Source: an uncultured archaeon (GTDB lineage: Archaea > Asgardarchaeota > Lokiarchaeia > Sigyniarchaeales > SOKP01). Taken from it: a stretch of 54,910 bases of DNA. The DNA lies in assembly GCA_964447495.1 (NCBI GenBank), contig CAYUTF010000009.1, positions 1 to 54,910 on the forward strand. Direction: 5' to 3'. Of this stretch, positions 29,639-40,374 are shown in pieces (the first letter of the stretch is position 1; every line of letters begins with the position of its first letter). Position numbers and translations under genes: made by a program. The notes under the pieces were generated by a model. It made no database searches. It saw only the letters and a program-made list of their open reading frames with translations, and had not been told where the DNA came from.

Positions 29639-30649
29639 TTGATGATGATTTCTAAGAACTTAAAAAGAGCAATACTAATTTACGTAGACATAATAGTGAG
29701 TATGCTTATATGGAATATTAATCAAAATATTTTTGGTAATCCTTTATGGATATGTTTTATATTATCAACTACTACATTCTTAATTATTTTCACTCCATTT
29801 GAAATATATTGGAATTTTAGAGATTTCTGGTTTGATAGATGGACTGAATTTTATCCAAAAGACCTAACTATCACAAGAATTCAGATAGAAGTTACGAGTG
29901 AGCACAAAAAAAAATATAAAAGTTTGAGCGCTCTTTTAATTTATTCTCAAGAAAAAGAGAAAATCCAATTAAAAAATTCAATTGTAGTCATCTGTCACGG
30001 ATTTTCAGATTCTAAAGAGACACTTCAGAACTATTATTATCCTTTAGCTTATAATGGATATATAGTACTTACTTATGATGCTAGAGGAACAGGCGCTTCA
30101 AAAAAATTAGGAAGGAGGGGTCAGTTTTTGAAGCGAATTGATGATTTTAAAAAAGTAATTGAATGGATAAAATCAAATAAAGATTTCAGAAATAAGAGAA
30201 TTTTTAGTATTGGCTTTAGTATTGGTGCAATTACAGTATTATCTGGAGGCTTTCAAAATACTGCTATTGAGAAAATTATCGCAATATCTGCTATGTCATT
30301 TTATCGGAAAAATTTGCCACGGTATAATCCGTTAGTTATGTTTAATTACTTTTTAAAAGGGGTAAAATTATTCCCCAACGAAGATGAGAATCGAAAACTA
30401 TCACCATATCTAATTGTTGAAGATCTAAAAAAAAAAATTAATGAAGAGCAATGGAAAAAGTTAGCTTTCAGAGTAATGATTATCCATAGCAGAAATGATC
30501 GGATAATTAATTTTAGAAATTTTGAAGAAAATAGTACGATATTAAACTTACATGAGAATAATACAATCATTTTGAAAAAAGGTGGGCACACTCATAAGAA
30601 AAATGAGCTTGCTCTTGTTGGATCATCTTTAGAATTTTTAGACAGATAA
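29639..30649 (+). CDS. Membrane-anchored alpha/beta hydrolase
   Basis: Two N-terminal hydrophobic helices, CHGF, YDARGTG, GFSIG, D and GGH. Confidence 0.82.
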   Translation: MMMISKNLKRAILIYVDIIVSMLIWNINQNIFGNPLWICFILSTTTFLIIFTPFEIYWNFRDFWFDRWTEFYPKDLTITRIQIEVTSEHKKKYKSLSALLIYSQEKEKIQLKNSIVVICHGFSDSKETLQNYYYPLAYNGYIVLTYDARGTGASKKLGRRGQFLKRIDDFKKVIEWIKSNKDFRNKRIFSIGFSIGAITVLSGGFQNTAIEKIIAISAMSFYRKNLPRYNPLVMFNYFLKGVKLFPNEDENRKLSPYLIVEDLKKKINEEQWKKLAFRVMIIHSRNDRIINFRNFEENSTILNLHENNTIILKKGGHTHKKNELALVGSSLEFLDR

Positions 30650-30726
30650 ACCTTCATTTTGATATTTTATCGAACTTTAAATAGTTTCTTGCTGAAAAAG
30701 TTTTAAATTACTCTATTTACATTATC

Positions 30727-30912
30727 ATGGTTTTCTGCCAAATATGTAAGAACGAGATCGAAATCGAGAAGATAGATAAAACATATCAAATATCTCTAGG
30801 AAATATTATTAATAAGAAATTTCTTGGGAAAGAGACCTATTACTTTCATATTGATTGTCTAAATGATAATTTATCTCATAATAAACTTAAGGCTATTATG
30901 CTTATCCAATAA
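30727..30912 (+). CDS. Small putative Zn-finger protein (CxxC...HxxC)
   Basis: MVFCQIC...YFHIDC. It fills the intergenic gap. Confidence 0.65.
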   Translation: MVFCQICKNEIEIEKIDKTYQISLGNIINKKFLGKETYYFHIDCLNDNLSHNKLKAIMLIQ

Positions 30913-30954
30913 TATTTTTATTATGATATAGTAAAAAATTTTAAGATAAAGAAG

Positions 30955-32160
30955 TTATAAATAAAGATACCCTTGATGATTTCCTTTCGTACTTAATCTT
31001 AAACTTCCTAGTAATATCTTTTTAATCTTCTTCTGCTCTTTATATCCAAAATCAGAGTATAATAATATATAATTTTTTTCTACATTAATAACAAAGAGAA
31101 GCCCTAAATTAATCATTTTTGAATCTTCAGTCAACAATGATATAATAACATAATGATAAGGTAAGTTGATTAAATCATTGATGTTTATCTCTTGCTCAAT
31201 AGTTCTTTTAGAATCTTTGTCATAATCGTTTTTAATAAACTTAATGTTATTTAGAGGAATGGATATTTTCCTAAAATTTTCTAATACTTTAGCAAATTGA
31301 CTTTGTCGCAAAAATCTTCTTTCATCTTTATCTTTGTCGTAGAAATATTTATTTTTTTCTTTTATTAAAAAAATCTTACGGTGTTTTGACTTTGAAGCAG
31401 ATTTTTCAATGGTCTTCAATTCTTCAATTTCATCATCATGAAATATAATTAAAATATCTGGGTCAACTATATCAATAAAAAAACTCTTATATATTATCCC
31501 TGCTTCAGTTTTTATCCAACCATCAGTATCTATGAGTATATATCTTGAATTTGGATGATTTTTAAAATAACTTTCAATAAGATCTTTGCATGCTTGTGCT
31601 ATAATAAACTTATAATTAGATTTTGGAAATGTACTTCCTATGAAAACAGTATCTTCTTTTCCTATATCTGCGCTCGAAACTATATAATCCTTTATCTCGC
31701 CAATATTAATAGTAGTGGGAAGATACATAATCTGTTGACCCAAATCAGAATCAAGATATCCTCCCTTTATACCGTCATTTAAGAAATTATTAGCCAAATA
31801 TTTAATAAGGGTAGTTTTACCACTGCTTATTCCAAGGACCATTACTTTTAAAGGTGTTCCATCGTCATTCTTTCGCATTTGATTTATTAATGTATCTTTA
31901 ATTGTAACCCATTCATCAGTAATTGTATTTTCCTCAATCAGATTGATATTATTACTATCTGACGTATAAACTTCAATCCTTGACGATTCTAAAGCATAGA
32001 GAGGGTAATTATGAGCGCTAGGGACGATAAGACTCTTATCACTTTCCTTATTTTGTGCGCTAAAGATTTTACCGAAAACATCAATTTTACCTTCTAATAT
32101 GTTTACTCTAGAAGGACCTTTAACCAATAATGTATAACCCTTTTCAATATCTTTAATCAT
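30955..32160 (-). CDS. Clp1/Grc3-family polynucleotide 5'-kinase
   Basis: TLLVKGP N-domain, SGKTT, DSDLGQ, IDTDGW, ERRFLR lid. Confidence 0.85.
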   Translation of the reverse strand: MIKDIEKGYTLLVKGPSRVNILEGKIDVFGKIFSAQNKESDKSLIVPSAHNYPLYALESSRIEVYTSDSNNINLIEENTITDEWVTIKDTLINQMRKNDDGTPLKVMVLGISSGKTTLIKYLANNFLNDGIKGGYLDSDLGQQIMYLPTTINIGEIKDYIVSSADIGKEDTVFIGSTFPKSNYKFIIAQACKDLIESYFKNHPNSRYILIDTDGWIKTEAGIIYKSFFIDIVDPDILIIFHDDEIEELKTIEKSASKSKHRKIFLIKEKNKYFYDKDKDERRFLRQSQFAKVLENFRKISIPLNNIKFIKNDYDKDSKRTIEQEININDLINLPYHYVIISLLTEDSKMINLGLLFVINVEKNYILLYSDFGYKEQKKIKKILLGSLRLSTKGNHQGYLYL

Positions 32161-32259
32161 AGCATACTCAATTTTTAATTTAATAATAATTTAAAAATCT
32201 AATACTTGCTCACATTTTATACTTATTAATTAAAAGAAATATACTTTACTTTTCTAAAT

Positions 32260-32703
32260 TTAAATCTGCAATTCATAAATATGAAGCACATTTTCAAACC
32301 CCAGTTTGATAAATAATTTTTTAGCAATATCATCAACATCTGGTCTAATAGCTAACCTTATTGAGTGAATATGATTGCTCTTAGAATAATCTATTATATT
32401 CTTTATGATTTCTTCCCCTATTCCAATTCTTCTTTTTGTTTCTTTTACGATTAGATTTGAAATGTACCCTAAACGGAAACCCTTAATGGAATTTTGGACA
32501 GTAAAATATGCTATACCAAGTATTGTTGTATTATCGCGATCTAAAGCAATTAATACCTCAGAATTAGAATTTTTTTCCAAATGTTTTTCTAGATCTTTTT
32601 TCCATAATACTTCATCAAATTCTTGGTTATTAATCTTACAGAGACTCTTCATCAAAGCTGTCATTTCATTTATATCTTTATATGTGAATTCTCTTATTAT
32701 CAT
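32260..32703 (-). CDS. GNAT-family acetyltransferase
   Basis: LIV...RRIGIG acetyl-CoA motif and LFIKLGF. Confidence 0.85.
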   Translation of the reverse strand: MIIREFTYKDINEMTALMKSLCKINNQEFDEVLWKKDLEKHLEKNSNSEVLIALDRDNTTILGIAYFTVQNSIKGFRLGYISNLIVKETKRRIGIGEEIIKNIIDYSKSNHIHSIRLAIRPDVDDIAKKLFIKLGFENVLHIYELQI

Positions 32704-32770
32704 TGCTTTTTAAATTAGAAATTTCAATAACATCAATAAGTTTACTTTAATTTAAATTAATGATTAATTT

Positions 32771-33532
32771 TTAATCTTTTTTAATTATTCCTTCTATAAA
32801 CTTAATAATTTCAGAAACAATTATGTTATGATCTGGAGAGTCTAATATCGGATGATCATTATTTTCTAACCAAATTTTCTTTTTATTGAGTGATTTTACC
32901 CGATAATAAATATAATCTATACTTTTTTTTTTAATTTGTCTATCCTTTCGACCTTGAAGTAATAGTACAGGACTTTGTATCTCTGGTAAAATCTCCCTCA
33001 TTTGTTTAATTAATTCTTTTACTTTACCCACAATATTAATTGGAATTTTATCGTAACCAACCCATTTTCCATTTGTATCGCGCTTGAATTGATCAGATTC
33101 AATAGCATGATATTTAACAAAAATATTTAATAGGGGAGCGATTAAAGGTCCGATTCCTCTAATCCCTATTGGTGCACTAATCGCAAAAATGCCATTAATT
33201 TCATGAGATTTAGCAATTATGAAAGGTAATACTCCTCCTATGGAATGACCGCCAACTATTATTACATCACATTTATCCTGAATAAATTTAAACTCTTTTT
33301 CTAAACTCTCTAACCAATCCTTCACTTTAACTTTATGCAATTGTTCTGGATGGGTACCAAACCCGGGTAAGAGAGGAATGTAAATAGAGTATCCTTTTTG
33401 GTTAAAAATATCTTTTGCTATATATTTAAGGTCAGCACAGGTTCCACCTCCAAAACCGTGTAGCATCATAATACCAATTTTATTTCCCTCAAAATAAAAA
33501 GGACCTGCCCCTGGTAAAATATTTTCTCTCAT
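32771..33532 (-). CDS. Carboxylesterase (alpha/beta hydrolase)
   Basis: LHGFGG, LPGFGT, GHSIGG, QGRKD, H. Confidence 0.88.
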   Translation of the reverse strand: MRENILPGAGPFYFEGNKIGIMMLHGFGGGTCADLKYIAKDIFNQKGYSIYIPLLPGFGTHPEQLHKVKVKDWLESLEKEFKFIQDKCDVIIVGGHSIGGVLPFIIAKSHEINGIFAISAPIGIRGIGPLIAPLLNIFVKYHAIESDQFKRDTNGKWVGYDKIPINIVGKVKELIKQMREILPEIQSPVLLLQGRKDRQIKKKSIDYIYYRVKSLNKKKIWLENNDHPILDSPDHNIIVSEIIKFIEGIIKKD

Positions 33533-33572
33533 ATTCTTTCTGTAAATCTTTTATTTTTATGTGAGGGTAAAT

Positions 33573-34115
33573 TTACCGTTTCATTTTCTTATAACAATCA
33601 ATACACATTTTACTTCCTTGGTAATCCATTAATCTCGAACTCATAGTAGCTTCTTTGCAGATCTCACAAGGAATTGAATCCTCAATTTGAGCAAAACTAG
33701 GTGGATTAAATTCAATCTCCTTAATATCAAAAATATCTTCGGGCTTGCTGTTTAATAGTTTTTGAATTCTTTCTTCTTTACTTAGATTCTTTTTCTCTTG
33801 AAAAAAAGACTTATATGCTAATCTCACAGCTTTTTGTGTTTTTCGATTATAAAAAGTGTAATTATTTTTACCATAATCATTAAAAATAAGATTTCCCTTT
33901 CCAAATGTACAACCAAGAAGTACTTGTATTGCATCAACACTGCAATTGTTATTTTCAACAATAGCGACAATCTCCTCGTTCGGAGAAAAATGAAATCCAT
34001 GGTCTAAAGCGTATTTTGCTGCTAAAGTTCCTATAGCCACACCAGGACATAAATGCCCATGAAAGATCGATGCTTTTTTCATTAATTCACTTATTTCCAT
34101 CAGCATTACCCACAA
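33573..34115 (-). CDS. FmdE/FwdE-family protein with C-terminal Zn finger
   Basis: FHGHLCPG, CSVDAIQVLLGCTFGKGNL, CEIC...CIDC. The true start is probably a downstream ATG. Confidence 0.9.
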   Translation of the reverse strand: MWVMLMEISELMKKASIFHGHLCPGVAIGTLAAKYALDHGFHFSPNEEIVAIVENNNCSVDAIQVLLGCTFGKGNLIFNDYGKNNYTFYNRKTQKAVRLAYKSFFQEKKNLSKEERIQKLLNSKPEDIFDIKEIEFNPPSFAQIEDSIPCEICKEATMSSRLMDYQGSKMCIDCYKKMKR

Positions 34116-34180
34116 AATTCTGAACTTAAAGAATTTAATTATATTATTTATATCATAATTTAAATATATTTATTATAGTC

Positions 34181-34666
34181 ATGAAATTTCTAGTAGATGC
34201 AATGTTAGGAAAACTTGTACGGTTTTTACGGATTTTCGGGTATGACACTGTGTATGCAGATGATCTAGAAACTTATTTTGATATGAGCCCAGTATCAGAT
34301 GATAAACTGGCTGAATACGCAGAAAAGGAAAACCGAATCATAATCACTAAAGATTTGCCTTTTCATAACAAGCTCCGAGCTAAATCTGTATATTTAAAAG
34401 GAGAAGGGGTTTATAATTATCTAAATCAACTTAAACAGAAATTGAATTTAGAATATAATTTTAAAATAAACGTTGCACGATGTTCATTATGTAATAGTGA
34501 TTTAGAAATAGTTCTGAAAAAATCAGATATAAAAGATAAGGTTCTTAATGAAACCTACAATAATTACGATGAGTTTTATCAATGTACTAATCCGAATTGC
34601 AGAAATATCTACTGGAATGGCCCACATATAGTTGATATTCTAAAGAAAATTAAAAGGAAACAGTAA
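34181..34666 (+). CDS. Mut7-C RNase (PIN) domain protein
   Basis: KFLVDAMLGKLVRFLRIFGYDT, RCSLCN, C..C..IYWNGPH. Confidence 0.9.
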   Translation: MKFLVDAMLGKLVRFLRIFGYDTVYADDLETYFDMSPVSDDKLAEYAEKENRIIITKDLPFHNKLRAKSVYLKGEGVYNYLNQLKQKLNLEYNFKINVARCSLCNSDLEIVLKKSDIKDKVLNETYNNYDEFYQCTNPNCRNIYWNGPHIVDILKKIKRKQ

Positions 34667-34678
34667 AAGGGCTAAGTA

Positions 34679-34906
34679 TTATTTTTTAAAATAAGTATCC
34701 TTAATTTCTTGGAATTTCTGCTTTGTTTTGATCATATCTTCAGTACAATTACCTTTCTGATACATTGCATAAGCTTGATTAAGTAATTCAAGAGTTTTTT
34801 TATATTCTTTATTCTTAAAATGATTTTCCGAAAGTTCTACTAGATAATCTCCTTTTTTTTTATAAAATTCAAGAAACTGTGCTGATGTGTCTATCTTTTC
34901 ACTCAT
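34679..34906 (-). CDS. Small TPR-like helical protein
   Basis: KKGDYLVELSENHFKNKEYKKTLELLNQAYAMY helical-hairpin pattern. Confidence 0.55.
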   Translation of the reverse strand: MSEKIDTSAQFLEFYKKKGDYLVELSENHFKNKEYKKTLELLNQAYAMYQKGNCTEDMIKTKQKFQEIKDTYFKK

Positions 34907-34993
34907 TGTGTTTTACATTCACAATTTTTTAACTTATATAATAATAATAGAACTTCTTAATAATAATGTTAATTATAATTTCTAAAATCATAA

Positions 34994-36430
34994 TTAACTA
35001 ACTTTTTCACGGAAAGATTTCATATCAACAATTTTTTTATTTAAACGAGATTCTTCAGCGGCAAACGCCATTAAATGACTTTCAAGGATTTCAAAGGCAC
35101 TTGTCAATGAATAATCTTTGCGCCGTTCTATTACTGCTTTTAAGAAGGCATCAATAAGAAGGAAATCACCACCTCCATGACCAGATCTACTAACTTGTAG
35201 TTTATGACCGTGAATGATTTTTTTTTTCCCCGATAGATGATCATATAGAGTAATGTTTTCATAACCATCATGAGTATAAAATTCACCCTTTAATGTTGCT
35301 TTTGTACCATCGATTCTTATGGTTCTTCCTTCCCGTTCACTGAAACCGTGCATCGTTAAATTGGCCGTAGTTCCATTTTCAAACTCAATCGCAACTAACT
35401 GATGATCCACTACATCATTATCACATTTATATACACATCTCCCATAACGACTTGTGCTAAGAATGCGCTTTTTAGTATTATCACTATAATCTTCAGTACT
35501 TTCCTCGGGTCGTCCTGAATATAGAGGTTCAACGGGCCATTCTTTCCAATATCTCAACCGTTTAAATATTGGAACCATTTTCGAAAGAAGTGTAAGCGAT
35601 TTAACATGATGTTTTCTCAGTTTTGCTAAAAATTTAATTCCCTTCTTGTTGCTATTCATCATAATTTGAATTATGGGAATTATATCTATGTAGATTCTAG
35701 GAGCGTAATAGATGCAATGCCCTTCAATGGGACATCCCTCAACACAATAATCTGGTGCATCTTTTGGAGCATTTTCTCTCCTGAAATGCGTTAAAGTGCC
35801 AAATGAGCTGACACTTTTTGGTTTTGATCCAACCATATAATACAATAGATCTAAATCATGACAACATTTAGCTAAAATCATGGGAGATGAGTTTGAAACA
35901 TTATTCCAATTTCCCCGTACAAATGAGTGTGCCATATGATACCAAGAAACATTTTCTCGATGTGTGATATTAATGACATCTCCAAGCGTTCCCTCATTAA
36001 TGACCTTAAAAATGGTAGAAAAGAAATTTGTATATCGCAAAACATGGCTAATCCCCAAGATATTCTCAGAATTTTTTGCTATATTTGTGATTTTAATGCA
36101 CCCTTCCAGAGTATGCGCCATAGGTTTCTCTAACAGTACATCATATCCCCTTTTAAGAGCATTAATAGCAGGTTCAATATGCAATTGATCTTGGGTGCAA
36201 ATAAAAGCAATATCTGCTAACTTTTCTTGTTGCAGTATCTCTTCCCAATTTTTAAAGCATTTATCTTCAGGAATGTGGTGTAAATTGGCAAATTTTTTCC
36301 TTCGATAGTCTATTGGTTCTGCTACAGCGATAAAGTTTAACCTCTCAGGATAATTTAATGCATATTCTCCGTAAACAGTCATTCCTCTATCTCCTGCACC
36401 AATTAATATAGCATTTAAGGTTTTATTCAC
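34994..36430 (-). CDS. Gfo/Idh/MocA-family oxidoreductase
   Basis: GAGDRG, LLEKP, HSFVRGNW, AKCCHDLD, GHGGGD. Confidence 0.9.
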   Translation of the reverse strand: MNKTLNAILIGAGDRGMTVYGEYALNYPERLNFIAVAEPIDYRRKKFANLHHIPEDKCFKNWEEILQQEKLADIAFICTQDQLHIEPAINALKRGYDVLLEKPMAHTLEGCIKITNIAKNSENILGISHVLRYTNFFSTIFKVINEGTLGDVINITHRENVSWYHMAHSFVRGNWNNVSNSSPMILAKCCHDLDLLYYMVGSKPKSVSSFGTLTHFRRENAPKDAPDYCVEGCPIEGHCIYYAPRIYIDIIPIIQIMMNSNKKGIKFLAKLRKHHVKSLTLLSKMVPIFKRLRYWKEWPVEPLYSGRPEESTEDYSDNTKKRILSTSRYGRCVYKCDNDVVDHQLVAIEFENGTTANLTMHGFSEREGRTIRIDGTKATLKGEFYTHDGYENITLYDHLSGKKKIIHGHKLQVSRSGHGGGDFLLIDAFLKAVIERRKDYSLTSAFEILESHLMAFAAEESRLNKKIVDMKSFREKVS

Positions 36431-37554
36431 TCGCTTAATTCACCTTTATCCTTTAGTATAGAAGGAATTATTCCTTCTTTAAGTAAGTAATCGACTAATA
36501 CTATTGCAGTAATAGACTCCACAACAATAACTGCTCTTGGAACGATACATGGATCATGTCTCCCTTCAATTTTAATGGTATCTTCTTTCATAATTTCTAC
36601 ATTTACTGTTTTTTGTGCAATTCCAATAGAAGAAGTTGGTTTAACCGCTACAGTAAATTCAATTGGCATTCCAGTTGATATTCCTCCTATTATCCCTCCT
36701 GCATCGTTTTTTGAGGTTTTAATTTTATTATCCACTAATATCCAAGGATCATTATGTTCAGATCCTTTCATCTGTGCAGCTTTAAAGCCCTTTCCAAACT
36801 CAATCCCTTTAATTGAAGGGATTGAAAAAATAGCTTTACTAATATTAGATTCAATACTATTAAAAATAGGACCACCAATTCCGGGGGGAAAATTAGACAC
36901 AATACATTTAATCGTTCCCCCGATAGAATCTTGAGCGTCCTTAACTTTTTGAATCTGATCTTCCATTTTTTTTGATAAACCAGAATCTAGTGATCTAACA
37001 GAACTGCTCTCTCGTTGAGTTAACATTTTTTCATGAGCATCACTAGAATATGTTTTCTTATCAATAATATTTCCAATACTTTTGGTATAAGCAAAAACGG
37101 TAATGTCGTTTCTTTTAAGAAGCTGTTTAGCTATTGCCCCCGCCATAACAAAACTCGCTGTCATTCTTCCTGAAAACCTACCAGACCCTCTATAATCAGC
37201 AAAACCGCCATACTTTTTTAAGATTGAATAATCAATATGAGAAGGTCTTAATTTATTTTTTATATCCTCGTATCCGACACTATCTATATCCCTATTTTTA
37301 ATAATTAAACACACTGGGGCGCCGGTTGTAAAATTATTAAACACTCCCGACAAGATTTCTACCTCATCAAGTTCCTTACGTGAAGAAGAAAATAGAGATA
37401 TTCCAGGTTTTCTCATATTTAACTCATTCTGTATATAGTTTTTATCTATTCTCAATCCTGCCGGTATCCCGTCCACCACAACCCCTATTAAATTACCATG
37501 ACTTTCTCCAAATGATGTAATTTTGAAGATCAATCCAAAAGTATTATCTCCCAT
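36427..37554 (-). CDS. aroC: Chorismate synthase
   Basis: FGESHG, RPSHID, SGRMT, KPTSSI, GRHDPC. Confidence 0.96.
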   Translation of the reverse strand: MGDNTFGLIFKITSFGESHGNLIGVVVDGIPAGLRIDKNYIQNELNMRKPGISLFSSSRKELDEVEILSGVFNNFTTGAPVCLIIKNRDIDSVGYEDIKNKLRPSHIDYSILKKYGGFADYRGSGRFSGRMTASFVMAGAIAKQLLKRNDITVFAYTKSIGNIIDKKTYSSDAHEKMLTQRESSSVRSLDSGLSKKMEDQIQKVKDAQDSIGGTIKCIVSNFPPGIGGPIFNSIESNISKAIFSIPSIKGIEFGKGFKAAQMKGSEHNDPWILVDNKIKTSKNDAGGIIGGISTGMPIEFTVAVKPTSSIGIAQKTVNVEIMKEDTIKIEGRHDPCIVPRAVIVVESITAIVLVDYLLKEGIIPSILKDKGELSE

Positions 37555-37748
37555 AAAATGTACCTTTTAATCGTCTTATTAAGTATCGAAACAAGGCTAG
37601 TTTATTTAAGAATAAATCAACATTTGACTTTAAATTATTCCATTCTCTTAAATAAAATATAAATAATATTTGTGAAATAAGATTATATTCTTAGAATTCT
37701 TTTATTTTAAATTAACTTAGTACCTAATAATCAATTAGACAAAGTAAA

Positions 37749-39077
37749 ATGAATTTAAAAATTTCTCCTACCTTAAGTTTGAATGGTACCATAGATGCTC
37801 CGAGTTCAAAAAGTTATTCTCATAGAGCATTTCTAGCTGCTGCTTTAGGGAAAGGAATTTCAATAATTAAAAAACCGCTTACCTCTGGTGATGTAGCAGT
37901 AACTATAGAACTACTCCAAAAGTTGGGAGTTAAAATGGTAAAAGAATCTGATGATGTATATGTTGTTGTAAGAGATGAAAACTCTTTTCAATCCCAAAAA
38001 GAAGTATTAGATTGTAAAAATTCTGGTACTACTATTCGATTTTTGAGCGTATTATCTCTATTAATTGATGATGGGCTTTCGCTTACAGGGGTGTTTCTAA
38101 AAAAAAAGCGCCCGATTCTGCCACTTTTGGAAGCACTAAAAGATTTAGGCGCAGTATATCATCTAGAAGGATATAACATTTCAGTTAAACGAGTCAATAA
38201 AAGATGTAAAACACTTCAAATTCCAGGAAATATCAGCTCACAATTTCTCTCTGCATTATTAATGGTCTGTCCCATTTTACACTGTGAAAATACTTGTTTT
38301 ATAACCATTAACACCACATCTCCATTAGTATCATATCCGTATATTCAAATTACTAAAGAGATTCTAAATTCATTTGGGATTGAAATTCAAGAAACAATAA
38401 ACCAAAATGGTACGTTAAATTATCTTATTAGTTGTGATCAAAATTATAGACCTCAAGTTTATGAAATCCCGGGTGATTTTTCTTCTATAGCCTTTTTTAT
38501 AGCAGCTTCAGTTTTATCGCCAGAAGATTCAAATATTACAATTCGGAATCTTAATTTCCAGAAACCTCAAGGAGATAGACAAATAATTACAATTTTAAGA
38601 AAGATGGGCGCTCAGATTTATATAAATGAAGACAAAAATGAACTTACTATTAAAGGAAATATTAAGAAATATCCTTTACACGGTACTGAGATCGATTGTA
38701 AAGATATTCCGGATTTATTTCCGATCTTATCTATTATTGGAGCTTGTGCAAAAGGGAAAACGCTATTGTACAATGCTTCTCATCTAAGATATAAAGAGAG
38801 TGATAGAATAGCTATAGTAAGCCGAGAATTACAGAAATTAGGTGTGAAAGTAAAAGAAGAACACGATACATTGATAATATATCATAGTGAAACTCTTAAG
38901 GGGTCCAAAATAAATCATGAGAATGATCACAGAATTGCTATGTCATTTACAATAGCTGCTTTATGTGCAAATTCTGATTCTCAAATAAACAATATTGAAA
39001 TAATTAATGATTCATATCCAGATTTCTTATCTCATTTAAAACAATTAGGTGCAAATATTGAATACGATAAGGTTTAA
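37749..39077 (+). CDS. aroA: 3-phosphoshikimate 1-carboxyvinyltransferase
   Basis: SKSYSHR, NSGTTIR, SSQFLSALL, PGDFSS, KESDR, DHRIAM. Confidence 0.96.
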   Translation: MNLKISPTLSLNGTIDAPSSKSYSHRAFLAAALGKGISIIKKPLTSGDVAVTIELLQKLGVKMVKESDDVYVVVRDENSFQSQKEVLDCKNSGTTIRFLSVLSLLIDDGLSLTGVFLKKKRPILPLLEALKDLGAVYHLEGYNISVKRVNKRCKTLQIPGNISSQFLSALLMVCPILHCENTCFITINTTSPLVSYPYIQITKEILNSFGIEIQETINQNGTLNYLISCDQNYRPQVYEIPGDFSSIAFFIAASVLSPEDSNITIRNLNFQKPQGDRQIITILRKMGAQIYINEDKNELTIKGNIKKYPLHGTEIDCKDIPDLFPILSIIGACAKGKTLLYNASHLRYKESDRIAIVSRELQKLGVKVKEEHDTLIIYHSETLKGSKINHENDHRIAMSFTIAALCANSDSQINNIEIINDSYPDFLSHLKQLGANIEYDKV

Positions 39078-39090
39078 AATATTTTTATGA

Positions 39091-39507
39091 TTACCTAAAC
39101 GATTTTTGTCTCCTTGCTCTTGCTTTCTTTCCCCCAAAATGTTTGGGTTCAATTCTTCGAGAATCACCAGAAAGCAAGGCTTCATCATATTCTCTAAAAG
39201 TTTTCTCAATTGTTTTCGTCCCAACAAACTTATTAATCGATTTTGCTATAGCTATCCGAACAGCTCCTGTTTGACTCATTTTGCCTCCTCCTTTTACAAC
39301 CACTTCAATATCGCATTTCTCAACTTTCGGATGGTTAATTAACTCAATTACTTCCTGTATTCTATATCTAGCGATTTCTGGCTCATAAAAATCTAAAGGA
39401 ACATTGTTAATTTTTATCTGCCCTTTTGCGGGATATGAAAGTACAGCTCGAGCAATAGCCGATTTTCGCTTTCCTGACGATTGAACATATTTAGTTTTTT
39501 CAGACAT
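39091..39507 (-). CDS. rps9: 30S ribosomal protein S9 (uS9)
   Basis: GKRKSAIARA, GGG and C-terminal ARARRQKSFR. Confidence 0.97.
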   Translation of the reverse strand: MSEKTKYVQSSGKRKSAIARAVLSYPAKGQIKINNVPLDFYEPEIARYRIQEVIELINHPKVEKCDIEVVVKGGGKMSQTGAVRIAIAKSINKFVGTKTIEKTFREYDEALLSGDSRRIEPKHFGGKKARARRQKSFR

Positions 39508-39514
39508 TTTTTAA

Positions 39515-39985
39515 TTAAGCCTCAATTTCACTTTTATTCCAACCTAATCGAGCGCATAAATTTTCTAAAGTAATAAATTTATTATAATAAGAAAGTCTAT
39601 TCTTATCAGCATTATAAATTTCCAGCGGATTTAATTTTTGATATCGTTTTTGAAATCTCTCCGGTATTCCACCAATATATACATGAATCCGCTTATAAGC
39701 GTCTTTTCCACGATATTTCTTTCGAGGTAACATTTTCTTTATTACGTTTCTCATAAAAGTATCGGGTCTTCGCGGCCAAAATGGACCTTTTCGTGGATTT
39801 GTAGCAGTACTTATGTTCAATTTCGCTAAATACGTTTCATGAATATTACCTTTTGTACCACTAATTATTGCATCTTTAGCATTTATTACGACAATATTAT
39901 ATCCTAATAAGGTCAATTTCGCAATTTGACTACAAAAGCGACCTAAAATCTTATTCGTGGCGTCTATCAATTGGTATTCTAACAA
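39515..39985 (-). CDS. rpl13: 50S ribosomal protein L13 (uL13)
   Basis: IDATNKILGR, NPRKGPFWPRRP, MLP. Confidence 0.96.
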   Translation of the reverse strand: MLEYQLIDATNKILGRFCSQIAKLTLLGYNIVVINAKDAIISGTKGNIHETYLAKLNISTATNPRKGPFWPRRPDTFMRNVIKKMLPRKKYRGKDAYKRIHVYIGGIPERFQKRYQKLNPLEIYNADKNRLSYYNKFITLENLCARLGWNKSEIEA

Positions 39986-40017
39986 AATTTTTGCACCTTG
40001 TATCTATTTTTATCAAA

Positions 40018-40374
40018 TTAATAAAAGATTTTGATATTTTTTCCTTCTGGATTTTGTTGAAGCAGCTCATCAATAGATATTACTTTACTGCCCGAATCCT
40101 CTATCTTTTGTTGTGCTGATTTTGAAAACTCTAAACAAGCTATAGTAATTTTATGATCTAAATCTCCATTTGCTAATACTTTACCAGGAATTACTATAAC
40201 ATCATTTTCTTTAGTTTTTTTATTTATTCTGTACAAATTAGCTTCTATTCTCCCACTTCTGGCCCCTGATAGTTTTTTTGAGATTTGTTTCCAAATTCTT
40301 CTCTTTGTTTTCCATAAATCTCGAATCAGTTTTCTAGTATAATAATTACTTGGTCCTGTAATTCGATGGCTCAT
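40018..40374 (-). CDS. rpl18e: 50S ribosomal protein L18e (eL18)
   Basis: NLYRI, VIPGKVL, FSKSAQQKI. Canonical position between rpoD and rpl13. Confidence 0.95.
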   Translation of the reverse strand: MSHRITGPSNYYTRKLIRDLWKTKRRIWKQISKKLSGARSGRIEANLYRINKKTKENDVIVIPGKVLANGDLDHKITIACLEFSKSAQQKIEDSGSKVISIDELLQQNPEGKNIKIFY

